Positions 24,857 to 38,789 of a stretch of DNA of 64,000 nucleotides are shown here, in pieces. Origin of the DNA: Octopus sinensis. Lineage: Eukaryota. The stretch spans positions 63,190,464 to 63,254,463 of the forward strand of contig NC_043011.1 in the NCBI RefSeq assembly GCF_006345805.1. Direction: 5' to 3'. The notes beneath the pieces were generated by a model that worked only from the letters and a program-made list of their open reading frames with translations, was not told where the DNA came from and searched no databases. How positions within the stretch are numbered: position 1 is the stretch's first letter; every line of letters starts with the position of its first letter. Both the position numbers and the translations under genes were made by a program.

Positions 24857-27800
24857 ATCATAAACAATGATAGTCCTGATGTAAATGCGTTTTCACTATC
24901 ATGTCTCTGACATATGAATGGATCTTAGTGATTAATTCACCGTCAGGAGTAGAGACTATGAAGTCGGCAAAACGTCCTCTGAGAGGCCACACTATGATTT
25001 ATACAATTCCCGTCTGTTTATTGGGAAGAAATATACGTGTTGACACGTGTACACTTGATTGTTTTCACGGAAAAGCATACATGAGATAACGAAGGAAGTA
25101 CTTTAAAGCTTTTGTAAAATAATATGCTGAAAATATTGAGAAAGTAACGTAGAGTTCTCCTGACTATGGGTTACTCTTGGCGCGATTTTTATTCAAGCGG
25201 CGTCTCTAATCAGAGCGAGACTCGTTCTAGTACATGGGCGATTCGGTAACGCCAGGTCAGACTGTTTGGCACTGTGAATCCGGCCAGGTTAGTTGTTTCT
25301 AACGGTCGACTACATACCACATTGTCACGGTAGAAGCGGAGATATCAAATGAAAATATAGACTAACTGGGACCCCGGCTATCGGTATATTCGGAAAGCGT
25401 GAATGTAATACGCTGCAGCCGCACACGAAAACATGAATGACCTGATCGAGATCCAGAGGGATCCGTGAACATTTCACGTAATCCATGGTAAACCTATTGA
25501 GTTATTACTGGAAACTTTATCCCAAAAACATGAAATAGCAGGCTGTGTTGCACATGTATGGAAATATAGTCGCACATCTGCTACTCACTGGAAAGTGAAA
25601 AGAACTGTAGTACAATGATTACTTAATGGTCTTTATATATACACTTTACGTATTTTCTGCATAAATTTATAGATTAATGCGCAGCACTCCTAAAATAAAT
25701 ATCCCCCTTGTATTTTTCCATTTTTACCGTTAAAAAGTTCTCATGCCTATGATATAACCGTTATTTAAAATGCGAATATCTGCCAGGTAAATAAACATGA
25801 ATATTTCACGGAATTGCAACTCCGTGCAAGCGTTAATTAATTGGTGAGATAAATAATGAAGTTCAATAAAAAAAAAACTCTTTACCCTATCCAATAACTA
25901 ACACCTCTAACTCCACCCCCACTATCCACACCTCCACCACCATCAGCACCTTCACCACCATTATCACTTCTCTCTCTACTATCTCTGTCCCTCCTCTCTC
26001 TCTCTCTGTCTTTGTCTCTCCCTCCCACCTGTCATTGACTTCCTTTAACCTCACAATCAGAACATCACCCCTCTGCTAAAATTATTACGTTGCTCCTACT
26101 TCTCTGTATTTTTTTCTCTTTTCTTTCTCCCTCTTTCTGTCATACGCTTCGCCTTCTCTTTTCCTCTCATTTTCTTTAACTAATCACGTGAAAGCCTTGC
26201 AGTTACATCCCTTCTCCCTGACGTCTTAGATGTTTCTCTCTCCTTCTCCCCCTCTTTTTCCTTCGTTAAAAGTTTCCGGTTTTATCAGACTGGAATATAA
26301 TACACTGTCTTGTCGGAGTTCCGTTAACCTTATTCTTCAAAAATTTGAGGTGATTGTTCATTGAAACATTATTCAAAACATTCTTCAGTCCAGTTTCGTA
26401 AGTCAATTTTAGGAAGTAGGATGACAAAATAAAAAAAAAGAGTGAGCGTGCGGTTGTCAGTGGAAAATATTAAAAGTTCAAATCCTAAGAAATGTATCTA
26501 CACTGTATTGTCGAATCTAATATTCGTGTCGTTCTTGTTTTGCATGAACTAATATTAAATATTAGTTACAATATTCTAAATTAGGAAAATTAATTTAGAA
26601 TATATTTAAAAATAATGTCTATAATTCAATCTATTCTATATTATATTAAATCAAACCCCAGAAATGAACTTTGAGAGAATATTTTATATCTAGCTGGAAG
26701 CCACTCTGCACGCTATAAATTATACAATTACAAGGGAAAATGCCAGCAAGAGATATAATATTCATAAGATTATAAATCTGGAAAAGTACAGGACAAAGTA
26801 TTACACTTGGAAAAGGTCAGGACAAGTTATTCTATCTGGTAAAGTACGGAGCAAGAAGATTTTTACTTAAACTATTGAAGCTAAGGATAAAATTTCCAAT
26901 AAAATATTTAGACTTAGAAATTATTAGGTCATATTAAAACTAAATCTCATGTTACAAGTTACTACTTCTAAATGTTATTAATTGTTAGAACTATTAAAGA
27001 TAACAAATATTTCTTGCATTTAAAAAAGATTCATTTTTGAAATTATTTATTTATAATTGGGAAATTTAAAAATGGGTTATAAAAATAATAGTAGTATATA
27101 AATATACAATAATAGAAAGTACACAAAATAGAGTTATATATTATAGTAAATTCTGCCAATAACACAGATTCACAGTAAAATTGCTGCTTGCGTTATTGTG
27201 TAAGTTATTGCCAAGTCTTCACATTTTTAGTCTTGACCAAATACTTTTTTACATAACGAATCTGCCTACCAAATATACGATTCTACTTTGCATAAACTTA
27301 CTCTGCTCTAACATTGCTACAGATTTCGATGTAAAACTTTTCTATTAGACAAAATCTGAAATTGTTTATACCAAAATGTAGCTGGGGAACAGTCCTCTTA
27401 ACAAATGTTAACAGCTTTCAATTGGATTAAGAAAAGAATTAGCAACAAAGCTCCGAATATGCTGCGTGTGAGTACAGTACGGCCTTAGGAAGATTATGTA
27501 ACTTCTACCGTAGTTGAATGGCAAGGAGGCCCTACTTAAATATTTGTGTTTGAGTATCTTCCCCTCTTTTGAGACAAAATCTGAAATTGTTTATAACCCA
27601 AAATGTAGCTGGGGACAGTCCTCTTAACAGGTTAACAGCTTTCAATGGATTAAGAAAAGAATAGCAACAAAGCTCCGATATGCTGCGTTGTGAGTACAGT
27701 ACGGCCTTAGGAAGATTATGTACTTCTACGTAGGTTGAATGGCAAAGGAGGGCCTACTTAAATATTTGTGTTTGAGTATCCTTCCCCTCTTTTGTAAGAT

Positions 27801-28224
27801 TTATGTTTCTTTCTTTTGCTTGCTTGGATAAGGAATTCAAAGGGGATTTTTCAAGAATTACAGTACTAAATAGCTACATGAGATATATTTCCTAAATAGT
27901 GGTTAAATGGTTCATTTACAGAGATGACATCATGTTATTTACACTGGTGTCACATCCGGAAACACAGACATAATGCATATAAATGGTTTTCTCTTCACCC
28001 ATCGTCATTACTGTTAAGAAATCATTTTAAAAATGTTTAATGTAATTTTCTTTGGAACATTTAATTTTTGCGAGAATTTATGGTGAAGTGTAACTCCATT
28101 ACTTTTCGGAATCTTGGGTGATCTTTTTGAACTTTGGTGAAGCGAAAGATTTCAACTATCCTTCACCGCATTTTTCTAGATGTTTTATTCTTTTATTGGT
28201 TTATCCTTTTATTGTTTCATTCAT

Positions 28225-28667
28225 TTTGATGCGGCGGCCATGCTGGAGCACCGCCTTTAGTCTCGCAAATCGACCCCAGGACTAACATCTTTTGTAACTA
28301 GTAGTTATTCTATCGGTTTCTCTTGCTTAACTGCAAAGTTACCGGGACGTAAACACGCAAGCATCGCTTGTCAATCGGTGTTCGGGGAGAGCACAAACAA
28401 CACCCACACACACAACACAAGCACACACACATACCAACACAAACAACAACACCCACACACCACACAATCGTAGCTTAGTTTTTCCTTGGAGCTGGCCGGA
28501 TCGGAGCTATCTCGAGATTATCAGCCGAAATTGCTACGATGATCCGGTTCTTGACTGAAGATTGAAGGCTTCGATTGTCCCGACCGTTTTTTTTTTTTGT
28601 ATCGTCTTCTAATGTTTTACGTTCTTGTCCCAGTTTGTATTTTTCACCATATAAAAATTTATATATA

Positions 28668-28709
<42 letters not shown>

Positions 28710-28860
28710 TAATATATTCGACGGTCTTCATGTATTTTCTGACTACAAAATCCCCTCACAAGGTTATTGGCCGAAGCTAGCAGAAGACACTTGCCTAAGG
28801 TGCCACTTTGTAGGAGCCATGGGGTTGGTAAGCAAGCTATTTACTACATAGCCATTCCCT
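28225..28860 (-). mobile_element. tRNA-derived SINE interrupted by another repeat (~28470-28690)
   Basis: Head at about 28715-28860 (GGCTATGTAGTAAATAGCTTGCTTACC on minus); tail GCGGTGCTCCAGCATGGCCGC at about 28235-28255. Confidence 0.65.
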
Positions 28861-30655
28861 ATATAAATTTACTACGGGATGATTGGTATGAATTTCTAGA
28901 GAATTACAAAATCACACGGGTATCCATTGAGAACGATCGCAATTGTACCTTCTTGAAATGTAAGGTGTTTAAATACAACCTTGTAAATATGTATAAAATA
29001 AGGTATGGTAGCAGCAGCAGCAGCAGTCACTCTCTAAACGTAGGTGTTGTTACCGTTCGAAGCGATCGTGTAAAGTAACTTCCAACTATTGTTGTAGGCT
29101 ACTCACCACCTATTGGATGACACGACCCTGCCCTCTTTCTTTGGTGTAGACAAAATTCCATATCTATATGTGTGTGTGTGTGTGTGTTTCCTTTGAGCGG
29201 GCACATTTGCCGTTTTGTAGTTATTGTCTGGGCGTCAAATTTCTCATTTCCGAATGCTGGTAATTGTTAACAACGTTGTTGTTGTTATTGCTCTACACCC
29301 TGTGGTTAGGGTTGTTTTCGATTACTGCGGTACATATTTCTCTTCTTTTTACAACAGTCCGCAACACGTTCTTTAAAAATATGACGAAGATTTCGAGAAA
29401 TGCGATGATATATTTATACAGGATTTATTTTTTTTTAATTTATTCATAGTCTTTACTCAATCTTGGTTCTATGTATAAGGTATTGTCAACGCTCCAAGCT
29501 CTCGGGTTAAACTGACTTCCAAATATTATTGTGGGCTATAATCGCCGTGGTGGGTGACAAGTTATATTAACAGCAGTGTATAGTGAGAGATATTACCTAT
29601 GAAGTGCACGCAGCAATTATATGAAAACGGAATCATATGGAACACATCTCACACGCATACATGGAAAATCAGCTTTACCATGGAGGTTAAGATTAAATAC
29701 CTTTTACTTATAACGAGTGATTCAGTAAGTTCTCATAATTAACAAATAGACCACATGTTTTTACCATTGCGATTTTAATAACTTCTAAACGATTAACAAA
29801 CATAAAGCGAATATACACTTTTGAAAATACTGGAACGAAAGTTAAAAGGGACAGGAAATGTGATGTTGTTTTCGGCCGCATACTATCGCTGCTATTTAAA
29901 ATATATTTGCGTAGAAGTCGTCGCTCGTAGTTTCGTCGTAGTTGCTGTTTCATTAAAACTCATGTATTTAGGTGGCCACATCCAAAGAACAGGAACATAC
30001 ACAGCCTGGCAAAACGCAGTATTCTATTTTCCCATCTGGTCTTGACATAGCGATTATATAATTGGCTTCGGATGCTATATAGTTTTTAAGAACCCGAACT
30101 GAAAAAAGAATGCATTAAACACAGATTGAGACATAATTGTACCTGACAAATGTGAAATTCTAATTGCAATGAATTAAGACATATATCTAACGTAGGTATT
30201 GTTGAGAACCTGAATTAATTAATCGTTACAAAGATAACTTGCAAGAAATAGTTCTAAATAATTTCTCAGTCAAGTATAGAAATCAATTGACAGTAGGAAA
30301 CCAATCGTAGTATTTGTGATGATCCTGATATCGCGGTTTTTTGTTACCTTCAAAATGATCGAATATTAATCGAATCCTGTATTATTACACATACATTACA
30401 TTATAAAATTATTCGATCATATCAATATGTCTGTATAGTTTTATAGTTGAGCTATAACTGCAGATATTAAATACTAGTCATTTTCCATTAAACGACCGCG
30501 TCCAAATTGGCTTATTCATGGACAAAATGCAGAAATAACGATATATTGCGTCTGTACATCATGGGAAAGTAGATGCTTTTTTTTTCTGAAAATACAGCGT
30601 TATATATATAAAGTTTGGATGGGATTACTGAGGCATTTAATTTACCTTATTGAAG

Positions 30656-30690
30656 TCACGGGTCATGTTTGTATTCTTCTAAGTTTCGTG
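30656..30690 (-). CDS. Gene A exon 4 coding part (P-RNLEEYKHDP*); exon 30646-30690
   Basis: Acceptor TACTTTTCAG, donor AAG|GTAAAT. The 45-nt exon equals exon 4 of B in length. Confidence 0.85.
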
Positions 30691-30758
30691 CTGAAAAGTA
30701 TTATTTAATATATTTTGTGAATGACTTTTACGTATGCAGGATATCTATATAGCGTATA

Positions 30759-30760
<2 letters not shown>

Positions 30761-30789
<29 letters not shown>

Positions 30790-30790
30790 A

Positions 30791-30863
<73 letters not shown>

Positions 30864-31120
30864 ACTATCTATCTATCTATCTATCTATCCATCTATCTAT
30901 ATATCTATCTATATATCTATCTATCTATCTATCTATCTGTCTATCTATCTATCTATCTATCTATCTCTCTATCTATCCATCCGTCTGTCTGTCTGTCTAT
31001 CTCTCTCCCCCCTCTCTCCCTCTCCCTCTATCCCTCTATCTGTTTATCTATTTATCTATCAATCTAACTATGTATCTGTCTGTCTATCTCTATATCTGTC
31101 TATTTATCTATCTATATGTA
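30761..31120. repeat. (CTAT)n tetranucleotide array
   Basis: Direct reading. Confidence 0.95.
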
Positions 31121-31179
31121 TATTTGTGTGGGGGTGCGCTTGTGTATGTGTATGTGAATGTGTGCGTGTGATTTTGTTA

Positions 31180-31455
31180 AGCTCGTGACATTGTGGTTAG
31201 GGCATCTCGGTCACGATCGCAAGCTAAAGGGTTCACTTCCAGCTGATACGATGAGACCTTGTACAAAGCTGGCGATAATTCGTAATATATTTATTCCAAT
31301 GGGCCTGAGTTCTTACAGACTGTGTCACTCTGAATCGCCGTCAGCGTTAAGTGTACGCGTGTCTGTAGAGTACCGAACACCTTATACGTTGATTTCCCGA
31401 GCAGGCTGTTCTGTTAATCGGATCAACTACTTGAGCCCTCGTCATCGTAAACGAC
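31180..31455 (+). mobile_element. Degraded tRNA-derived SINE (8.7-9.5 kb family)
   Basis: TGTGGTTAGGGCATCTCGGTCACGATCGCAAG head; the body is inverse to 8746-8900. Confidence 0.55.
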
Positions 31456-31489
31456 GGAACACCCGTTAGTAATATATGTTCTTTATACC

Positions 31490-31682
31490 CACAAGGGGCT
31501 AAAATAGAGGGAACAAAAGGACAGACAAGCGGATTAGTCGATTGCCTCGACCCCAGTGCGTAACTGCTACTTAATTTTATCGACCCCTAAAGTATAAAGG
31601 CAAAGTCGACCTCGGCGGAATTTGAACTCAGAATGCAACGGCAGACGAAATACGGCAAAGCACTCGCCTGGAGTGATAACGG
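31490..31682 (-). mobile_element. SINE (16.8 kb family)
   Basis: AAAGGCAAAGTCGACCTCGGCGGAATTTGAACTCAGAA. Confidence 0.85.
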
Positions 31683-32016
31683 TTTATATTTAGTATATTT
31701 TATACACACACAAACATACAGACGCACACATACAAGCACACACAGAACACACACGCACAAACACAACATACATGAGATCTAAGAATCGGTGCGTAAGAGG
31801 AAAGTTAGCTTGAGGTCAATAGTGGGTCACAGAGACGGAATAATGTATATTTTTTACAGGGATGTATGATACCTTGAAAGAAATTATTTTTATATTTCAC
31901 GGCAGGCAACCTTGTTTGCCGGTTAGGGGAATAAGGATAGATTTCAGGTATGGAGTAGATAAGACCCGGGCTATATATGTCTCATAGCGAGAGGAACCTC
32001 AGAAGTAGTAAACACA

Positions 32017-32062
<46 letters not shown>

Positions 32063-32149
32063 GCACGCACATATATATTAATAATAATGTTAAGACAAGA
32101 AAAGAACGAAAGAGATCTCGATATTATGTAAATGGTTGAATTTATCTGT

Positions 32150-33320
32150 AATATAATATGTGACAATTATTCGGTGACCATAATAAGACTCCGAGTTTCG
32201 GATGTCGAGGCGGAAACCTATATATAAGTTTTTGTTAAGTTTTATTGATTAGGTGTTTTATGTTTCCACGGTTCTTCTAGTGTGTTGGCCTCATTTTATT
32301 ATATCCACTAGTTGTCTTCAGGGTTTTTTATTTGTCAATTTCTATGGAAGTCTACTTTATTACTAATGTGCGACGTACTACTGCCTCCTCTGTTAGCTTG
32401 GTTACTTATTTTCCTATACTCTTTCTATCTATCTTATTTTGGATTTCCTTGTTGAATACGAATCTTTTTTTTTATATCCTGACTTCCCTTGTGCTAAACG
32501 ATAGTAATCTCCGTTTAATCTAAATAATTCTTCGTTTGTTGATATGTTCAAGAAGCAGATTGAAATATTTGCTACTAAGGATTTGGTTATTATTCTGGGG
32601 AGATTAATATTGCTGTGCATGTACTTAAGGTTTTCAGTGGGCTTATCCTATTGTTTATATATTCCTATAGTTAGGTATTATGTTATGTCTAAAATGTTTG
32701 CTCCACTGATAATATTAGAAGCCCTATATTTTTAACGAATTTGAATAACTTTTCTATATTTCTTAGAACCTTCCGTCGAAGGTTTAGGCAGGAGGAACAG
32801 CCCGTAATCCCTATATTGACCTCGTCCACTTCTTGGCAATTTTTATTTAGGCGGAAATAGATATAAATTTATGGTAAATCGGTTACAAGTGCGGAGTCAG
32901 TTGGACCCACAGTTGTGTCAAACCTATCCGTCTTCTCTTTCCCTAGAAATTTATAATCGATTTTCTTGCTACTTAACTATGAATTTCTCTAGGTAACTCT
33001 AAGTACATTTCTGAAGAAGATCGGGATAATAGAAGAGTAGTAGTTAGATATATCTATTTGCATGAATTTTGATTGTGTACTAGTGGAGATTTTCTTGAAC
33101 CAGCGACTTACTTCCTATGGCCTAGATTAAGATTTAGTTTAATAATATTCCTAAGTGTAGGTATGCACTTATCAATAATATGTTTTCTCATACTATGTCG
33201 TCCTCAGATGGGCACGTGCGTCTCACACTGGTGTTAGTGCTAAATTCCGGCTTGTGGACTTTGCAGGGGATTCGATTCATGTTGTTACGTGCAGGACTGC
33301 CGTAGCCTGTAAATTTAGTT
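32150..33320 (-). mobile_element. Decayed Penelope-like retroelement (RT/thumb fragments and 3' terminus)
   Basis: The minus strand reads WFKKISTSTQSKFMQIDISNYYS (RT motif) and KPTENLKYMHSNINLPRIITKSLVANISICFLNISTNEELF (thumb). Confidence 0.7.
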
Positions 33321-33647
33321 GTGTTTAATTTTTGGGACGAATAACTCTATAGATTTTCATTATTTTGTTTTCAAAAGAGTTTGATATACAGAGTCATTTA
33401 AATGGTACAGGTCACCCGATTTATCTGCGTGTTTTAGGATTCAAACAAAAACGTACGAGCAAAGTATCTATATAATAGCGAACGGATCAGCCAACGAAAA
33501 GGTATTTAGATCAAACGAAGATTACTACCACTTAGCACATGGGAATGCAGTATAAAAAAAACAGTTAATATTTCAATTAATTACATTTGGTTTTTAAATC
33601 ATCATTAGTCTAATGTGAAATTAAAACTAATCAAATTAAATACTTAC

Positions 33648-33736
33648 GATCGCACCAAATAATGAATTTCAAGTTCCAATAATCTGAACATTGCCTACTT
33701 GTGTCAATTAAACAATCCGTATAAAACACGTAAATC
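33648..33736 (-). CDS. Gene A exon 3 (L-IYVFYTDCLIDTSRQCSDYWNLKFIIWCD-P), 89 nt, phase 2/1
   Basis: Acceptor ATTTTCCAG, donor GTAAGT, open frame, Cys pattern conserved. Confidence 0.92.
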
Positions 33737-34352
33737 CTGGAAAATCCAAAAAATAGATTTTACTTCTAAAATGTCTGTTATATTTTATTTTATGTAAGAT
33801 ATTTTTCTTATTTTATGAATCATACGCAGGTACATAATTGAGGAACTTTTCTCAACTTGTTTGATTTCTTGCTTTACATAAATTTTTGATATGCACAAAT
33901 TAATATCAGCGACTTCGTGTAACAGAACAGCTATTAAAAATTTTAAGAACTTTGCCACCGTGCTTCTGAATTGTTTGCGAAAAGCAGAAGGAGGGCACAT
34001 GGCATAATCCATCTTGTTAGGCATCACGATAGTCAAAGTGTTGTTTCATTTAATAAGATAGATACATTTTAAGGAACGAAATTTAGCTAAATAATTGAAG
34101 CAAATATAATCATTTGGATATTTCGTTACTTGTAAGAGAAGGAAGAAATTTTGAGATTTTTGTTAATGTGAATAGGTTAAATATTACTTCCGTTTTACTG
34201 CCGAGTGAGAGCGACTATTCACTCATGAAATGAAAGTTGTTAGAAAACCTGGAAAATAATTATATGAAGATGACTGCTAGAATAACTAAATAAAATGAGA
34301 AAAAAGCACCGTATAAAATCATATTGAATTATGTTAGTAAGATGATATATAC

Positions 34353-34449
34353 AAACAATATTCGTTGTGAGTTTGGGGATTAGGTATAGCTTTATTAGCA
34401 TCTTCGCATTCTTTAAGGGACATATCTTCACAATAATGTAGCGCGCCAC
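34353..34449 (-). CDS. Gene A exon 2 (G-GALHYCEDMSLKECEDANKAIPNPQTHNEYC-L), 97 nt, phase 1/2
   Basis: Acceptor CTATTGCAG, donor GTATAT, open frame; homologous to exon 2 of B and E. Confidence 0.92.
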
Positions 34450-35348
34450 CTGCAATAGTTTGTTACGTTTATAATTATTTTTGTTATTGAAAAAATGGCT
34501 TAAAATGCACACATTGTATAATATTAAACATCGCTCATAATATCTAAATTAAACTAAAAAAACACAATATAGGTTCTAGATATTTTGTATGTCAAATGTT
34601 GTGTTAGCATTTAACCTATAAAGTGACATATTTGTCTTTGCTACAAATAGATAAATCCAAATTTACGATTTTTTTCAACGATTTAAATCCCTTTGTTTAA
34701 CTCATCGATAAAAGTCGTGCTTATAAAATATGATTTCTATTCACTGAAGTAAATATAAACGTATCAATCAAACAGACACACACACATACGCACATGCACG
34801 CACACATACATACACTCACACGCGCACAGAAGCACACGCACACAGAGCAAAAGACAGACTTTCACACATATCTTTATATATACATCAATCTATCTATTAT
34901 GGTTCTATCTATACCTCTATGTATCCATCTATCTATGTTTGTCTCTTTTCTTTCTCTTTTCCACTCTCAATCAATCTATCTATCAGTCTATTTATTTAAC
35001 ATTGACGTGACGTTCTCTTTTCAATTTTGATCTACCAAATCTACTGCCAAGTATTTATCCGGCGAACGGAGTGTGATAAACGAAGAAAGTTGTAAATGAG
35101 AAGAAAACATCGTACGATACATCTATGTCATATATATTTCCTGTACTTTAAATTTATCTCGAATAAAATGTGTCATGCATTCTCAAATACTCACCCAAAT
35201 CTTAACAATGAATCTCAATTTAGTGTAACGTGTTTACTTCTACATATTTCAGATACCCAAGCCAAGAACTAATCATGTCAAACAAACATTGGTTACCACG
35301 AATACATTCATTTATGATATAAACATTTCTCTAAAGGAATATTTTATG

Positions 35349-35386
<38 letters not shown>

Positions 35387-35419
35387 TATATATAGTGATA
35401 ATTTACTAACAAAACAAAA

Positions 35420-35825
35420 CTCGAATACGGGTATGTGAGCAACAAACAGATGTATTAGTTTAACGCTCAGGAAGTCAGAACTTCCTTTACTTTTCGAGCC
35501 TACGCTCTTCGACATACAGGTAGAGAAAAGAGAAAAAAAAGATTTAGTGGTTAGCGATCTATCATGGGAAGTGACGGGCAGAGGGGGGCACACAGGAGAA
35601 CAAGGAAGAAGGGGAGATAATAAAGCAGTGGTGATCCCGAATCGAAGGTGCACTTGCGTGTGTATGTTACAGCACGTCTGGTCGTGTGGAACGGGGAAGG
35701 GTGACAGTGACGTGTGCGCGTGTCCATGTGCAAGTGTGTGGATGATTTTTTAGGAGCTGGGAAGAGGTCAGTGCTAGTGTGTGGACTGATGTGGTTGCTT
35801 GGAAGCGGTCAGTGAAGTGCGTGGT
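35420..35825 (-). mobile_element. Penelope-like terminal-repeat fragment with a hammerhead-like motif
   Basis: Homologous to 54125-54450. The minus strand has GAAGAGCGTAGGCTCGAAA...GAGCGTTAAAC. Confidence 0.55.
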
Positions 35826-35840
35826 ATAATTATATATATA

Positions 35841-36356
35841 TACTAGCAGTATCGCCCGGCGTTGCTCGGGTTTGTAAGGGAAATAACTATATAAGCATTT
35901 TTAGAGAGTTACTTCCCTTATAGATGCCAATTCGGGCTTTCTTAGCCATTTCTGTTTTGGAGTCTTCAAGCCCTGAAGTCGTTGTTCTAAAAGAACGCTG
36001 GTCTCCTTGACAACGCTTTACGACGATGATATCCTTACATTCCCTTCCCCACAGCTTCACGGGGGAGGGAAGAAGGGGGAGACGCTAACAGGTGCAGATG
36101 TGAGCGTGGACGCCAACTCCGCCGCCATCGACACACGAAAAATTATGCATTAAAATGGAATAAAAAATGATGTTAAATTATTTTAAATATCGTAGACTCA
36201 TCGTAGACGCGCGCTAATACACAGACGGGCTCGATATTAATCACGACTATAAGGTACCCGAATTTGGTTAAACTGCACCGCAAAATGTGGGAGTAGTTAG
36301 GAATCTAAATCGAAGGTGACAGACACTCACACAACTACAGTTTTATATATATAGAT
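35841..36356 (+). mobile_element. Non-autonomous Helitron-like element (Lep1-type termini)
   Basis: Starts TACTAGCAGTATCGCCCGGCGTTGCTCGGG (subterminal hairpin) and ends ACAGACACTCACACAACTACAGTTTTATATATATAGAT. No TIR or TSD is seen. Confidence 0.55.
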
Positions 36357-36467
36357 ATACATTTCACAGAGATGTTATCTTAAGGAACAAACGTTATATT
36401 TATAATTCTTTTTATTTCGATGTTCATAATATCTAAAGAATATATGCATTGTATATACCTACATCCG

Positions 36468-36590
<123 letters not shown>

Positions 36591-38079
36591 ATTACATGTA
36601 TCCATGTATGTATATATGTATATGTATGTTTATATTATATTATATGTTATAATATTATAGCTATGCATGTATATATATATGTGTATGTTTTTTTATTATA
36701 TTATATTATATATTATAATATTTATATATATATAAAACCATATATTATAATATATATATATATATAAATATATATAAATATGTATGTATATATATGAACC
36801 GAGATTGGAAATCGAGATATGTTCAATAAAGATGTACTATTATAGTTACAATTGTTTCAATTTAACGCTTATGGCATGAAAATGAATCAGATTTAATTTG
36901 ATTTAATCCATTCGATTATTTTTAACTACAATTTTATCGGAGAAGAACGTACAAATAATTGTATGTGTAACATATTGAAAATACAATGAAACGTTAATTA
37001 AATAATAAAACACGAAAAATGCAGTCTACCATTAGAATAGACATTATAATGGTATATACAGATATAAAGATAGTTATTGTAAATTAATATAATCATCAAT
37101 AATATTAATGAAGGCACACCCGTACAAAAATACGATAAACTGCGATAGATAAAAAATCACAATAGACAGGTTATTAAATTATGGGAGTAGAGAAGTGAAA
37201 TTATTAGATATTTCATATATAGGCATATATATATATATATATAGTGACATACACATGTACACACACTCACAAACGCACAGACATATACAGATATATACAT
37301 ACACACACATATATATATACGCACATACACATAAAAAAATGTAAGTATAATGAATTTACAAAATTAATTGTATTAATTAAAATGATCAATTAATTAGTCG
37401 GTAAAGAAACAACGTCTGAAGTTTTAAGTGTTACTACGGTATTTAGAAAGAATTGGGAGGCAATATTGAGAGAGAATATAAAAAAAATTGGCAATATATG
37501 AATTTATGCACAAATTCGCTACCACAGAAAAAGTCAGATAAGAGAAGAGAGAGGATAGAGGCGGAGTAAGAGAGACATACACAACAAAGTGTTTATGGTA
37601 AATTGTTAAGCGAAGATGAATTAAGATATGCTAGAAGATAATTGATGAAGGAAACCATTCTTTTATGTACCGTTTAAATACTAAAAGTTCGTTATACTTA
37701 CCTATATATAATAATTATTCCGCATATATATGCATAGGCACACACTTATATACATACAAATATAAATAAACATATGTGGACATACGCACAGGCACACATG
37801 CATACATACACATAGACATTAATACACATACCTGAGGATTCTTGTCTACACATATACCGTACTCACATGAAGAAAAAACACAATGAAATAAGAATTATAT
37901 TAATCTTAAATTATTTAATCTATTTAAAAATTGATTGAAAAAATAATTGTGCATATGCACATGCATACACACAAACATATATATACATACATAGACATAA
38001 ATATCCATATGTATATATACACACACATACCCATACACATAAATACATACACCTATACATATATATTTCTTTATTACTC

Positions 38080-38299
38080 ACAGGGGGCTAAATATAGACG
38101 GCACAAGCTAGGACAGACAAAGGGATTAAATCGATGATATCGACACTAGTACGTAACTGGTACGTATTTAATCGAACACTAAAATGATAAAAGGCAAATT
38201 CGACCTCGCCTGAATTTGAATTCAGAACGTAATGGCAGACTGAATAAAGCTAAACATTACGCCCGGCGTGATAACGATTAGGCCAGCTCGCTGCCTTAT
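38080..38299 (-). mobile_element. SINE (16.8 kb family)
   Basis: AAAGGCAAATTCGACCTCGCCTGAATTTGAATTCAGAAC...GGCCAGCTCGCTGCC. Confidence 0.8.
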
Positions 38300-38502
38300 A
38301 TGAATATATATACATATATATATATATACATGCATACACACATACATGCACATACGTACATATACACATATATAGACATATATGCATACATACACACATA
38401 TATATAGCTACATCTAAAAAACAAATATATAAATGAATAAATAAATGCAGGTAAACATATGAAGAAATAACTACATACATAAATATATATAAAATAGGTT
38501 AA

Positions 38503-38558
<56 letters not shown>

Positions 38559-38676
38559 GTTCATAAGTGTGTTCGTCTATAGTCTGTGTGTCAGTGTTTA
38601 TGTGTGTAGCAAAAATTAAAGATTAAAAAAATAAGTTTGAAAAAATAGGAAGAAATATATTTACATGTCTATTTAC

Positions 38677-38725
38677 CTGTGATGACAAGGCAGAGAAACA
38701 TTACGTATGACAACGTAGACATCAT
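38677..38725 (-). CDS. Gene A exon 1, signal peptide MMSTLSYVMFLCLVIT-G, 49 nt coding, phase 1
   Basis: ATGATG...ACAG|GTAAAT. Joined with exons 2-4 it gives an uninterrupted 270-nt CDS (89 aa). Confidence 0.9.
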
Positions 38726-38789
38726 CTTTGTTCAGAGAAGACGAGCTGGAATGTGTAATTATGAGTCGCCTAGTTCCACGTAAAGTTCT

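Larger units (their letters stand above)
26261..31000 (+). repeat. Segmental duplication, copy 1 (copy 2 at 59381-64000+)
   Basis: Colinear, near-identical sequence from CTTCGTTA...TTTTATCAGACTGGAATATAATACACTGT to the (CTAT)n array. Confidence 0.95.

Noticed and set aside
25100-25620. GC-richer stretch upstream of gene E
   Set aside because: All frames are broken and I recognise no motif. Probably an old element, left unclassified.
34398-34412. CEDAN in gene A matches a pentapeptide I recall from the Aplysia pheromone attractin
   Set aside because: The Cys spacing differs, the IEECKTS motif is absent, and B and E do not conserve CEDAN. Treated as coincidence unless structure comparison says otherwise.
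35020-35300. Exon-like segments shared with 51510-51800 (GTGAGT donor at ~35200)
   Set aside because: Stops occur in the shared frames and there is no consistent phase or ATG. Best explained as homologous intron 1 sequence.
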